Notes: generated by a model not told the origin, from the letters alone. A stretch of DNA of 63,252 bases, filler included, from Asterionella formosa (GCA_002256025.1; 3 parts of 3 records of this genome joined end to end with filler, not necessarily neighbours in it), one strand, 5' to 3'. Positions 24,144 through 37,087 are shown, counted from the first letter of the whole stretch. Translations and numbers: made by a program.

Positions 24144-26310
24144 TTGACACAGGCGAGTGAAAACGAAATAGTTGATGCCAGCTCATCTTCTTCCAATACC
24201 ATTCCAAGAAGTAAAGATCGTGTTGCTTGTATGCCCATGGTAGATCTTGTTTCTACTTCCTCAGAGCGTCTAATTGAGTCTATTGAATCTGATAGACTTG
24301 ATATAAAATCTCCCCCTTCCAAAGCAAAAGTAAAATTTAAATTAAAGGCAACTCCAGACATGGTTGCCAATCCGGAAGAAGCAGTCCATGACTTGTCACC
24401 AAAGAGTTCCGAAATTGCAGGAGTGATTGGGAAAGTAAATTTAAAAAACAGGTCAAGGAGGAAAGTGATTTGTCCCATTTATCTAGGAAAGAGTTGGAAA
24501 TATTGAAACAGAACATGGTCGCCAGTCTGGATGAAATTCATGACTACTTACCAAAGATTTCCGAAACTGTTGCAGTCACTTGGACAGTAATTTAGCAGGT
24601 CAAGGAGATAAGTGATTTATCCTGTAATGATAAATCATTATTGAAATTATTTGATGAAGGAATTCATAAATATTTATGCGAACGAGCGAGGAAAAAAGAA
24701 GAAACACATCAACTACTTGTATCGAAAAAATCGATAAAGGGAAAGGTAGCAGCTGCTGTTTCGGGATATGGCGACAAATTGGAATGTTTCAATGATGACC
24801 TTTATACTAGTGTTTCACCCTCGATTTTTTTGTGGAAAGCATGTCCTGTCCATTCTGCGTATTTGCCAAGTATTTGATTCACCTTTCCGGTTCCCACTTC
24901 CGTTGGGTCCGGAGTCACATAAGCTTTACTACAATACATACTCTTGCTCCCCCTCAGAAGTACGTCAATATTGCAGGAGTGAGTATTCCCTTAAATTGTC
25001 AGAGAAGCAGTACAGGGACAATCGTATTGAACTGGAAAATTGTGCATATTGGGATATTGAAATTGTGACCGCCATTGTGAAGGTCATTGTTCATGAACTG
25101 CATCCCTCAAACATTCATGTAATTGTTGAATCTCAAGACAGATATTACTGGAATACTAAGCATCCTTATCCATCTAACAGTTTTTATCTCCAACCATCCA
25201 AAGAATTTCCAACCAACCAAGGATGGTGGATGGTCATGTGGTCCCTTTATAATTGTGAAGTTTATGGAATTACTACTACAAGTACGATACAGTGGAGAAA
25301 CTAATTTTATGGGGAAACAAAGTGAGTCACGTTTAACAAAGGATGGTTGGGATACATTCATGAAAATGAAATTTAAGGGTGAAAATCAAAATGGATGGTC
25401 ATTTCCTGGTAATCCAGAAAATGACGTTGAAGATGCAGTTATGGTATATGTTCTCAACACCATTGTGGGTTCATGTTGTGACAAAGTTGCAGCAATGGAG
25501 TTCAATCCTGAATTCGAGTTATCTCCGATGTTAACTACAAATGAACTGATGTATCTTAGTAAAATGGTTCATCGTCCCGTAGAATCTTACCATTGGCATG
25601 GTAATAAAGAAACCTCGAAATTTGAAAAAGAATACAAACGTGCTTTCGTTGTTGCTGATGGCATGCAGAAAGTGAGCATTTATGCTGTTCTCCAGAATGA
25701 CAGCCAGCATGATATACTATACAAAGATTTCAAGAGTTTCTTGAAATCTTCGGAAGAATCAGTGGATGATGACAGTTCATTTTCATCGTCAGGTTCTCAA
25801 AAAAGATCATAAACATAAGTAAACTATGAATTCGGAGGCAGTTATTAAATGTTGAAGTATATTCGTAATAATTTGTATTGTGACGATTATTGCTACTTCT
25901 CTGTACCTAAAGGAATATCCCAACCAATCAATTTCCAAAGATTTCGTGGTGGTAATGCAATATAATAATCTGTATTTTCCATGGCTTCAACGGTTTCTCG
26001 TATACTCTTACATTTACTGATTGTAGCTGGTGCAAAAGCTGGGACTACAAATGCTGTGGAAAGAATGATGTTGTTATGCTCAACAACGCTTAATCCAGTC
26101 TTCTCATCACAAATGTAATCACCTGTAGCAAAAAGACATGCGATGATGGGCTGGCATGACAGTGGTACTCCTCAAAGAACGTATAGAAGCAAGGAGCGTT
26201 TCAGTTCCATCTGAATAAACGACTTTACCCCATAAAAGTAATTTTGCTGGCACACTGTAATTTTTCCCATTTCGACTTTCCCAATTCACTTCAAACCAAT
26301 CCAATAGGGC
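24144..26310. mobile_element. Relic of CACTA/Plavaka-like element: Ulp1-like protease remnant (+) convergent with transposase C-terminus (-)
   Basis: + strand TKDGGWSCGPF (C48 catalytic-Cys-like). - strand DWFEVNW...VPAKLLLW and STAFVVPA...LPPRNLW. Many stops. Confidence 0.45.
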
Positions 26311-27564
26311 AATCTTATTATGAAGTTGTTGAATATACGATGAAAATCAAACTTTTTAAGAGGTAAGAAACCACACTTAATATCTTTGTGCACAATGCTG
26401 CAGAGGGTTTGTAGTGTCTCTGTCTAATAATTTGGATTTCGACATTAATAACATCTTTCCTTTCAATATATGCAGATGTGAGGGTTAACAACGCTACCCT
26501 GTCACCCATCAATCAACAGTGAGAGCATAGTTAAGTTACTATACTCTCATTTGATTCTCGTTATGTCGATTGGAACGTGAAGTTATATAGATTGTTTATG
26601 TCATTAGTTCGTGGCACATCTGTGGCTGAAGCTGCTTTAATCGTTGCAAAAGTTTTGCTAACATTGATTTTATCTCCTCAAAATCATACAGGAACCTTGA
26701 AGAATGTGGCTTGCTACCATTCTTAATGGAAGCAACAATCAACCATGAGAGCACAGGTAAGTAATATGCACATTCCCTGCTCATACGGAAATTGGAGTGA
26801 TGGATTGTTCATGTGATCGTTTTGTTGCACATATCTTCGTTTAGATGGCTGCCTTGCTTGCTTACTTGATGCAACAGTTTTGCTATCATTGTTGTTATTA
26901 TCTCTTACAGGAAAGTCGTATAAGAACATTGGAGAATGTGACTTGCTGCCATTCGCAATGTTAGAGGTTCGAATAAAACATCATCAATTTCGTTTACTCT
27001 CTCATTTCATTTTGAAAAGGCAATGATCTAAACATAGCTACCAGAAGTGTAAATTAAGGTATTGAAGACCACTGTGTGCTCATTCTGATAGAGGATACAC
27101 AGTGGAAAGTATGGGTGACCAGAAGTAGAATATTTGATTATTAAATAGCAATCCATTTAATTCGATTTGTGTTCATCATTGATCGAACATGATAATAGGT
27201 TTGATCAATGAGAGAAAATTGTTAGATCAGTAGTAATGAACGTTAGATCGAAAGCTAAAAATTCTATTTGATATTAGCATTCCAAAGGCTAGACCGAATG
27301 AATAACTGATTTCATCTCACGATTACTATCTGTAGATCGAACACCAAAACGTTAGTTGATAATAAGAGTGAGAGTGCTGTATTGATCATAAGCATATTGT
27401 ATGATCTATTGATTTGAAACTCATTGAAATCTATATATATGATGAGTGTATACTTAATGTGCTTCGTTATTAATGTTACAAATGCAATCGATTAGATATT
27501 ACATAATATGCATGTGATCTATGCTAAGCACACGTAAGATGATCAATGCTGTAATATTAATCAA

Positions 27565-27782
27565 TCAATCAGTTTTTTTGTATGATCAATCAGTATTTCT
27601 GTATGATCAATCAGTATTTTTGNNNNNNNNNNNNNNNNNNNNNNNNNNNNNNNNNNNNNNNNNNNNNNNNNNNNNNNNNNNNNNNNNNNNNNNNNNNNNN
27701 NNNNNNNNNNNNNNNNNNNNNNNNNTTGTATGATCAATCAGTATTTCTGTATGATCAATCAGTATTTTTGTATGATCAATCA
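27565..27782. repeat. 21-bp minisatellite (tgtatgatcaatcagtatttY)n spanning a gap
   Basis: Units visible on both sides of the N-run 27623-27725. Confidence 0.9.
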
Positions 27783-29323
27783 AAAAATGGTATGTCATAC
27801 TGAGAATTTTTGGGGCAGTGGGTCTTACAGCAAAAATGTTAGGCCTAACGGGTTTTTTATTTACAGACGCTTCGGTAGTTTTACTATGCCAAATATAGTG
27901 ATTTCCCCCGAAATTTCAACTTGTGAACAAAACAGCACGTCCCCAAGCCATTTGGCCTTCAATGAGTCTACTCAATCCTTGGTTAGACCACACGCATAAG
28001 TATAAGTGTGTGGAATCTATAGTCTATGAATATCACTCAATCTGTTCAATTCTCGACTCTATGGTCATGGTTTGGTGTTGTGGCTGTGCATTGGCTGGTG
28101 CTGGTGCACACGGCCACCATAATGATTTGTATGGTGCTGCTTTGATGCAAACACCGTAATAAATTTAAAAACATAGGCTCCCTCTGCTACGGTAAAGTTG
28201 CAACACGCTCAGCGACTAACCGGGCTCGATCCACGTCCTTCAAAGAAACCCTCTGTAGAAGCAATATTATTATATCTAGGCGAGTATAACGCTAAATAGC
28301 GATACATGTGCATCGTTTAGGGCTATTGAATTTCGTTGGCCAGCGTACCAACCTGTATTCATGTGTGTAATATTGGCTATTAGTACTACCAAAGAGATGC
28401 AGCTAAATGAACTAACGAGCACGCGTTTCCGGAAAAAAAATATTTCGTTCTATAGACGTCGAATATTACTATAGCTTACGTTTTGTGCATGCCTGGGTTT
28501 ATGGCAAGCTGGTCAGCCATGCATGTCGACAGTCTTATCAGCCTCCCTTTTGAGGTTGCGAAACGAGCAATTGGCGATGTATTGTCACTGTTCTGACTGG
28601 TTTTTAATTCTTCTACTTATATCTACTGAATAACGAATGGTCAACGAAAAAGGGGGGTCCAGAGAGCAAACGTTCCAATCGGGGCATGATTCTATGAAAA
28701 ATGCGCCAAAAAACTACTAATTGTAGACTAGCTATTGAGAACATATATTTTATGCACTATTATTTTCGGAATAATTTTTAAATAGGAAGGGCTACTAGAC
28801 GGAGAATTATTGGAGGTTGCGCTTCATGTGAGGCAGTGACCAAAAGTTTGGTTGCAACTTTACTGGAACAGAGGGAGTAGGTATCATTAAAATTAGTGCC
28901 CTGCAGGCGCATTTTTGGTTATTTTATCTGTGTCAGTGGAAATGATTCTTGCCTGAAAATGTCAGTATCACTCTGGTTTTGGAGGGGGCAAAAAACGGTA
29001 TCAATTTTGTATCAATGATACAAAATAGACACCATCAAGTTACCATTGCGGATACCGTGCTTTGATACCAACCGTCACTTTTTGCCCGCAACCCGGAAAT
29101 GATACAGCGAATTCGGAATGATAAGAACGGCCCCAATTATAAAAGTATCCTGTCCTGCACCGAAGTTGGCTGCGGTAAAAAACCTGTATCGGCGAGGAAA
29201 ACAGAACAACAACGACCCTATCAGAATCAATACACGAACGATAGCCGATGCTGATACTGGACAAGCAGGAAGTCAGTGATCGTTACACCAGATCATTCTT
29301 CGCTTTCTGGATTGATCATAACC

Positions 29324-29584
29324 ATGATAGCAGACGAGGAAGACTTGTATGATGATCTAGATCAAGTCAAACCAGCATCTGGCTCGAGACCAACGAAGAA
29401 TGCAACGTCCCTGTCACTAGAAAATCTTGTCAAAGAGCTAGAAGTGAAACTAGAAGCGCTTTCGCAAGAAAATATCTCTCTAAAACGAAATATCGGCACT
29501 CTCTTTCGAACGGCAAGAGCTGAAATACGACGAAAGGATGCAGAAATCGAGACACTCCATAAGAAGCTTGAGACTGGCCGATGA
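29324..29584 (+). CDS. 86-aa coiled-coil protein resembling the FLASH/CASP8AP2 N-terminal domain
   Basis: EDLYDDL followed by ENISLKRNIGTLFRTARAEIRRKDAEIETLHKKL. Confidence 0.7.
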   Translation: MIADEEDLYDDLDQVKPASGSRPTKNATSLSLENLVKELEVKLEALSQENISLKRNIGTLFRTARAEIRRKDAEIETLHKKLETGR

Positions 29585-29739
29585 TTGACGGACGGTCGCA
29601 TCTCTGCCGTTGCACAATAGTATTATTACTTTCAACAAAAAATTTCGGGTGGCTGCCATTCAAGATTCTCGCAATGCAGAACAAGTGGTTGTGTAATTCT
29701 CAAAATCAATTTGTAAAAACTGAGATTGCATCCTAATAC

Positions 29740-30399
29740 CTAGTATCCATCCCTAGTTGGAAATTTTTTGTGCGTTACATTCGACGACCCGTCATTGTAT
29801 CCAATGGATACGCATGCTGCTACACATACCGCTAGATCATCTTTGTCCCCCAGTTCCTCTACAACTCGTCCAGTGGGAAAGGTAAGGCCTCCAACAACAA
29901 CTTCCATCGGTAACAAACGACCGTAAGGAAAGACTTTCGCTACTTGTAGTAGATCAAGGGGCATGATGCCTCCAGCATCGCCCTTTTTCTCGGGCACACC
30001 AAGCTTGACATGAATCAGCATTTCTCGCCTTCCACCGGGTAAGTGCGCGATCACTCCAGGGATGGAATTGAACTCAATGGCATTTCGGACTGCGCGGAGG
30101 GCAGCCTTTGTAGCATCATCCGACCCGTGTTGGTCAACACCAAACCCCATTTGAACAAAAAATAGATTGTTAATAGCTGGTCCTTCCACAAGAGTGGCTC
30201 CTAGTCCCAGTGCCTTCCATTCTTCAGACCAATATGGCCGATCGACAGAACAAACATCCGTCCATAACCTCGAGGCTCGATACTTTGTCATGCATGTCCT
30301 GACTAATACTGCTCCTCTCGCCGAGAATGTATGACTTGCTGCAACCAATATCCTTCGAGGCACAATATGATTAATAGATGTCACTATTGTTGAGAGCAT
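29740..30399 (-). CDS. Lin0512-family protein with putative mitochondrial presequence
   Basis: FVQMGFGVDQHG.DDATKAALRAVRNAIEFNSIP...IHVKLGVP...KVFPYG...EVVVGGL...CVAACVSIG; basic, hydroxylated, acid-free N-terminus. Confidence 0.85.
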   Translation of the reverse strand: MLSTIVTSINHIVPRRILVAASHTFSARGAVLVRTCMTKYRASRLWTDVCSVDRPYWSEEWKALGLGATLVEGPAINNLFFVQMGFGVDQHGSDDATKAALRAVRNAIEFNSIPGVIAHLPGGRREMLIHVKLGVPEKKGDAGGIMPLDLLQVAKVFPYGRLLPMEVVVGGLTFPTGRVVEELGDKDDLAVCVAACVSIGYNDGSSNVTHKKFPTRDGY

Positions 30400-30590
30400 T
30401 GAAAAGACATGGAGCTGATGCCGCCGCGACTGTAACCTTGTTATATTTTGAGTGCAAGCATGACGATGGTATCAAACCATCTGAATACGGTATGATGGTA
30501 CCTGGTACATGGTCCCTACCAGGTACCCCTCTGTCTAGTAACAGTTGCATCGATTCGCCGGCACCACCAGTGTCTTTACTGTTCGCATAT

Positions 30591-30690
30591 NNNNNNNNNN
30601 NNNNNNNNNNNNNNNNNNNNNNNNNNNNNNNNNNTTAATTAATTAANNNNNNNNNNNNNNNNNNNNNNNNNNNNNNNNNNNNNNNNNNNN
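30591..30690. other. Artificial scaffold-joining linker (N-TTAATTAATTAA-N)
   Basis: Six-frame-stop palindrome at 30635-30646 centred in a 100-base N block. Confidence 0.95.
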
Positions 30691-31110
30691 ATTTTTTTAC
30701 GAAACCACTGCAAGGAAACCTGTTCAGAACATTCCGAAATGTGCTTCTAGGAGCTGCGCACGTCGATACCCTGACTGCCAGTTCCCTGGCAACAGCCGAG
30801 GAGCGTGTTGGAAAAATGCGAGCTGACTGCCACAGGATAGGCGTGAAGGGTATAGTGGACACGAGAGAGAACAGTACTACAGTTAAAACCGTACAGCCGC
30901 TACCAAGATTTACCTGGGCTGACGTGGTAAAAGGCACAACGCAAGGAAAAGCAATCAGAGGTCAGGAAAAAATGTTAAAATGCAATGTGAGTACCGGTAA
31001 TAAGAGTGTTTCGAGACCATTATCTCGAAACAATCCAGTTAGTAAAGTGAAAGTTTAAGTTTGACAACTTCCTCGTTGCTATCAATTTCATCAACTGTAT
31101 TCGATTAACA
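30691..31110 (+). mobile_element. 3' end of a CoDi-type Copia element: RNase H tail plus 3' LTR (~30806-31110)
   Basis: FFTKPLQGNLFRTFRNVLLG...EERVG; purine tract gaggagcg then TGTTGG...TTAACA. Confidence 0.75.
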
Positions 31111-32506
31111 CAGTACTAGGTTCAAGGCCTACGATACGGTCGAATACGGTAGTTGTTACAACACCACCCTGGCACAATTAATTTCATGTCAGTATATGGT
31201 TTTTAGTAAATAGCTACAAGCATGGATGTTCTTGGAAACTGATGATTGCCGGTTTCGTACCAGTACCTGGTACCATTGTAACATCATGACAATGATGATA
31301 TGCCTATTGTAAACAGATAAATCACGAATTATAAACCAATTGTTGTTTTCAGCTTCTGATATTATAGAATATGTATACTTGATGTACGACAGTTATGTAC
31401 GAACTACTCGGGTTTTGATCCGGCAAGAAATCATGGAGATATTGTCGTTGTGGTCGAACGCCATGTTGCTTCCGCCGATTTTCTATTTTAGCTATTTCGC
31501 AATGAATATCAAAGCTACAAGTTCGTTTCTTTCAACACTTGCTAGCGACACGTGTATTCTATCTAAGAAAGTAATAAAGTGTCAAGCAGTTGTACAAAAT
31601 CGAAAATTGATAATCATTTTATCATGGTTTGTTATCATGGTTAATGGGAAATTTCTCACGTTCGATTCATGAGCGATTGTATAATTCTTATACCCGTTAG
31701 TTATATAGGCAGATAGCATACATATTATAAATTTAACCGTATGTGCATGTACCGCTACCGCTATATGTATTCCCGGACGTGTGCACTCATTGGCGGGTCG
31801 ACTATCGTGTTCTTTGATCCCTCTCCTGTGCCGCATCTGACCACGATGGAATCTAGCTCCCCGGTAAAACCCCTCAATTGTTTTTGGATTGGGGTCTTTT
31901 CAATTGGGGTTTTCGATTGGGGGAATGAGTTTGACCCTAAAATAGTTCCTGCCAAATCAAATTCTAGCATAATAGTATTCAAAACGATCATACCATGAAT
32001 GAAAGATAACCGTTTTCCGAGCTAGTCAGATCATATATTTTAGGGTTGGATCTACAGGCGTGTATATCCGAGATGTCCAAATACTCCCTCTGTCCAATAA
32101 CAGTTGCATCGATTCGCCGGCACCACCAGTGTCTTTACTGTTCGCATATGAAGGATCACGTAGCCAACATACAAAATTTCTATGTGAGGGTCGGCTTACT
32201 CGAGAAATGCGTTATTTATGAGTCACATAGACGTGAACATTTACTAGTTTTCAGTTATTAAATTATTAGTATTTGCATAAATTAATCGAAACCAATTTAA
32301 CGTACGCATATTCATTGCATACATGTAAATATCGCCAACTGCTGTTTCAGTGAAAATCAAAAAAGCCCAAAAACCTTTTTTGAAGTGTAGTTGCCAATTT
32401 TAATCTTTCTATACATAATGTACACCATACATGATTCTGTAGCTAAGGGCAAGCCGCACAATTGGGCAATTGAGCCGGAGAAAATCGTAGGAGTCAAAAT
32501 GGCCCG

Positions 32507-32950
32507 GAAGGTCCGGTAATCAGTGTGCGTAGCGTGCAGGTTGCTCGATTTCTGTTCATCGATTCACATACGAGAAAAGGCAGGGGTACACCCCCAAAAA
32601 TTGTCGAACCCCTAAATTTTGCGCCACTCCGTTATTCTTTAAATAGTTCTTTATATAGACGTTAAGCCGTTAGTCATTTTATTGTCAAAATGAACTTTAA
32701 GTCAGCAGTCAGTAAATTGAAGTCAGCAGCCAGCGATTTCATATCAGCAGTCAGCAGTCAGCAGTCAGCAGTCAGCGTTTTTTTCAAATTTTCAGCAAAT
32801 CAAGTCAGCAGTCAGCGAGGAAACGAAGTCCGCAGTCAGTAGTCAGAATTTTTAATTTTTACGATGGTACATTGTGGTAGCAATGATTTTTTTCAGGAAT
32901 CCATGTCCATTTCACAGTTTTCAATTATGTATGGAGTACTAGGTATCTCT
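32507..32950. mobile_element. Partial copy of the GAAGGTCCGGTAATCAGTG-TIR MITE with (GTCAGCA)n arrays
   Basis: Colinear with 40050-40440; heptamer arrays at 32700-32845. Confidence 0.8.
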
Positions 32951-33959
32951 GAGTAAATTCACGTTTTGGGCTCAATATGCTAGATAAGAACATAATTATA
33001 CAAGCAATGTTGTAGCGATTCATGTACTAGTAACCAATAATGATAGTGCTTTGAACTCCTCAAATAGCTAGCGTTACTTCCGTATTTGGTCCCAAAGGTT
33101 GCTGTCGACGAGAAATGGAATAAAAAAGCTAAATTAATTTTTACTCCATTCAGCTGGCATCACCTTTCATATATGTATACAGGTATGAGAAAGTATTTCT
33201 GTCAGTAGATTCATTTAGTGTCTGAAAAGATTTTATTTTCATGGCAAAAAATACAACGATGTCATTTTGCATTCTCCTCTTCCTAAATGGAGAACATCAG
33301 CTGTGACCTCTCAGCGTGACTACCTGAAACACTACATACGAGAATTTGTCATGAAACCACAACAATCACCCGTGAAATGAACGATTGAAACAAGAGGGAC
33401 CACCGGACAGATGATAACTTGAAGTGATTGATATGCGAGGTCCGAACGAATACTTGACAAATATACTACCAGTATTGTTATGATCGGCACTTAAAACCCT
33501 GGTTCCTGGCACCTGTAGCTGGTACCGCTAATTATAGTATCAACAAACGTAATAGAAGTTATAGATAAAAAAATATGTACTGAGAGTCAACATTATAGCT
33601 GAGTCCAAATGGGTAAAACTAAATGGCTAAGATCTCCATAACTGTATGTTCTACTTCAGAACTGATTAAATGATGGCTATCCCCAATCTATCGACCACAA
33701 TAAAGTTCGTACTTGGTAAAAATAATATATTAATTGATTCTTTTCTATGTAAAGATAACAAATCTAGCGGTATAGCACTACGGAGTACTCGGAACAGCTG
33801 TGTAGTCATTGTGAGCGGCTGGAATATGCATGGTGCATCATGTCGTCTCAGCCTTGACCATGACGAAATCAACAAATATCTCTATGAAAACTGTATACGA
33901 CGATTTGATATTGGGTATATATGTGAAGCACAATATAGAAAGTACAATTGTATAAGAAA

Positions 33960-34272
33960 AGTTGTAATAACTCTGATATTGACAACGAAAATTGAAATAG
34001 CCGATAGCGCATTTTTAATGATCAATTTATAGATTCACAGTTCCAAATGACGATGTTGTCAGCAGATTTGACACTTTCACAGTAGCTATAAAACGACTAC
34101 AAAGACGATTAAACAATAACATGATTAAGTAAAGCAAAAGATGCGAAACAAGCTATTTATTAGCTTAGATTTGATTGCTTGTTTAGTCGCTGCAAACAAA
34201 TGGAGTCATTTTGAGACGGGAATGACGGAAGCGTGATGGTGATGAGATTTCAGAATTTTTGCTCACCAGTAA
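33960..34272. repeat. ~300-bp dispersed repeat, copy 1 of 3
   Basis: gacaacgaaaattgaaatagccgatagc...gatggtgatgagatttc...accagta; also at 35185-35475 and 56685-56989. Confidence 0.9.
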
Positions 34273-35184
34273 CTACCCTGGTACCAGTAGGTCTATGGTG
34301 GTGCAATGTGGTGCACCGACGACATGACGTCACCACGGAGTCATTTTGAAATATTATTGTTGCGCATGTGCACCTGTTCAATATTCCTCTCCAACATTGC
34401 ATTATGCACATCAGCACAGAAATGAAAATAACAAACTCACCAAATATGATGGTTGAAATCAGTCACTGGCTGTTGCTATCATTACGATGCTATTACTTTG
34501 ATTTTACTATACAATTAACTCCACAATCAACCTTTGTTGATACATCCGCAGCATTTGGAGAATTTTGTGTGGAGGAACTTGGGATGGAGGCTGTGTAAAG
34601 TGTCTCTGTTGCCATCGCAATGATTCTGGAAGCATGCGATGATCGGCTTGATGAATTTTACATCAAAGAGTCGCATCCTTTCAGTCACATCTGAGTGGAG
34701 GAGACGCTCCATTTTCCTCGCAAGATTTAAGATCGATTCAAGCTTCTCATGAGAATTTTTCGTTTTGGCAACCTCAAAAATCACGTCAAATTCAATGGAC
34801 CCACTTTTACGGTTTTTCTTTAGTGCTGTGGGGATGGTAGCAGCATCAGTTATTCCAATTGTAGTAACAGCGTTAGTAGAACCATTATTCATTGAATCTT
34901 GATTCATTGTAGTAGCAGTACTACCATTGGAATACATCCGATTTTCTTCATACTATCGTCGACTCAAAGAGAGAGTGGATGACGTTCTCTATTTAGTTGT
35001 TTTGAGTGCCTGTTCTGCATCACGTTGTCCATTTTAGGAAAATGACGGCAACTTGCAGGTCCTCGTTTGAGGTTCCGTAAAACATAATCAAAAATCATCT
35101 GATGCTTTTCTACTGCAGCAATTTTGCTGAAATGGATTGGGGACATAAATTAAGCACATATAGAAAATGCAGTGGTAAAAGAAT

Positions 35185-35475
35185 AGTTGTAATATCACTA
35201 AAAATGACAACAAAAATTGAAATAGCCGATAGCTCATTTTTTAATGAAATTTATAGATTCACAATTCAAAACGTTGATGTTACGAGCAGATTTCACACTT
35301 TCACAGTAGCTGTGCGTTCAATGACTACAAAGACGACTAAAACAATCAAATGACAAAAGATGTGAAACAAGTTATTTATTAGCTTATGTCAACGCGCAAA
35401 AAGGATTCATTGTGAAATGGGAATGATGGAAGCATGATGGTGATGAGATATCAAAATTGTTTGCTACTACCAGTA
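35185..35475. repeat. ~300-bp dispersed repeat, copy 2 of 3
   Basis: Same sequence as 33960-34272, more diverged. Confidence 0.85.
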
Positions 35476-36315
35476 TTGTCCTCATTATACTATGTATGTA
35501 GTCGACAGCCAATATAGTATACATAATATGAGTACCGGTATACTATTATCTTCATTAGTCAACAGTCGATGGTATTTTGTATAGTGTTTAGTATGCATGT
35601 ATACATAATGATCAAAGGTACTCTATAGCATACATGCCAGTAGTTTATAACAGTTACTATATCTGGTCGTTGCTATGATGATGCTGACAGACATGAATTT
35701 CCAATCCCAACAACTTTGAAAACCGCTAATTAAAATAGATTGTTTTCATCACTTCAGCCGGAAAAGGGGAAGGATTTTGAGCGTGGAGAGAATGAAAGCA
35801 AAGTAAGCAAGACTTACTTACTTTTGTTTACTTTGCTTACCTTTTCTTTCCTGCCCATGCATTGCCCTGGTCATTGATGTGTTTTCTTGATGTTTCCATT
35901 TTTTTGAAGAATAAAATTAGCATAAAACCTACATCATGCTGATCATAAAATCGATTTTAAAGAGTGAATTGATGACGTTTTCTATGTACTTAAACGCCTG
36001 TCCTGCGTCACGTTATCAATGTCAGCAAAATGACCGCAACTTGCAGGTACAAATCAAGATTGTTACCAGCAAATGCGATTTTGCGCACAGGAAATCGCGC
36101 AAGGACGAACGTGTCAGCCATCAAACATTACTTGTACTTTGGCATAAAAGATTCGTCTTCTTCTGGGCAGAATATGTAAATAAATAACGTGCATTGATAT
36201 CTGAAAGCTACCGGTAGACGTAGTACTCTCACCACCATTAAGGCACGGTTTTGGTGTCTCTTGCTGAAGGGGTTATACTTTTAGTGGATGCTTGTGTTAG
36301 ACCCTCCTAATAATA

Positions 36316-37087
36316 ATGCTATCAATCTTCCTCCTCCTCCCAACCGTAGCAGCCTTTGCGCCAATTCTAAGTATCCACAAAGCTCGTAGTCCCCTTGTCG
36401 CGAACAAACATTCGCATTTTGCGGGCCTCGAACGAATCTCGGATGAAGTAGCAAACATTCCAATTCCTTTTGTCGAATGCAATGGATCCAAATTTATCGA
36501 ATGCTATCCTGACTCCAAAGCTCTTCTTGATGGAATCGAGTACACTATTGGCGTTCCATGTGATAATGCCGTTGCTCTATGTTATTTTGACGACGAGGGC
36601 AATTTGCTTCCGGTGGAACTCGACGATGAAATGATGGATGATGTCTTTCCGATTGCCGAGTCGATCGTGACGGAAGAATTTGGAGAAGAATTGAGTTTGG
36701 AACGAACGCCACAGACCTTAACACTGGTAGGGGAACTGGAAGACGAAGAGGAGGAAGAAGATAGTGAGTAACTTGAAGTGCATATTGCCATATTGCTTCA
36801 GGTAATGTCTTCGCATTTATTGGTCTAACCATTCTCCTTCCTTTTTGGAAGGCGAAGAGGATGAGGAAGAATTGGAAGATGGTGACGAAGAAGTTGAGAT
36901 TCTGTTGAGCTTTGAACATCGCGATACTGAATTCAATTTGGTGCGGCTCTTAGATCCAGTGTTCCTTGTGGGTAAGGCTTTCCCCGGCGATTCCAGCAAG
37001 CGCTCGTTATTGACAAAGGCAGAGAGTGACGCTGTCATGCCAAAGTTGGAAGAAATGTTTTTGGATTTCGAACACGAAGGAGAGTGA
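36316..37087 (+). CDS. Plastid-targeted DUF3727/DUF1292-like acidic protein; exons 36316-36763 and 36852-37087
   Basis: Signal peptide plus AAF-AP (ASAFAP-type) motif. Phase-1 GTGAGT...AG intron 36764-36851. RTPQTLTLVGEL, acidic tract, EILLSFEH...LLDPVFLVG. Confidence 0.8.

Noticed and set aside
27565..27782. Regular repeats as a CRISPR array (also the 60-, 95- and 113-bp arrays)
   Set aside because: Head-to-tail units with no unique spacers, no cas genes, eukaryotic context.
28178..28879. Possible MITE bounded by ctccctctg / cagagggagTA
   Set aside because: Only a 9-bp match and no left TA duplication.
30635..30646. TTAATTAATTAA palindrome (also 61273-61284)
   Set aside because: Artificial contig linker inside Ns; adjacency across it has no biological meaning.
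30526..32150. 60-bp direct repeat (30531-30590 and 32090-32149) as a TSD or duplication
   Set aside because: Separated by a linker; most simply two ends of the same MITE family.
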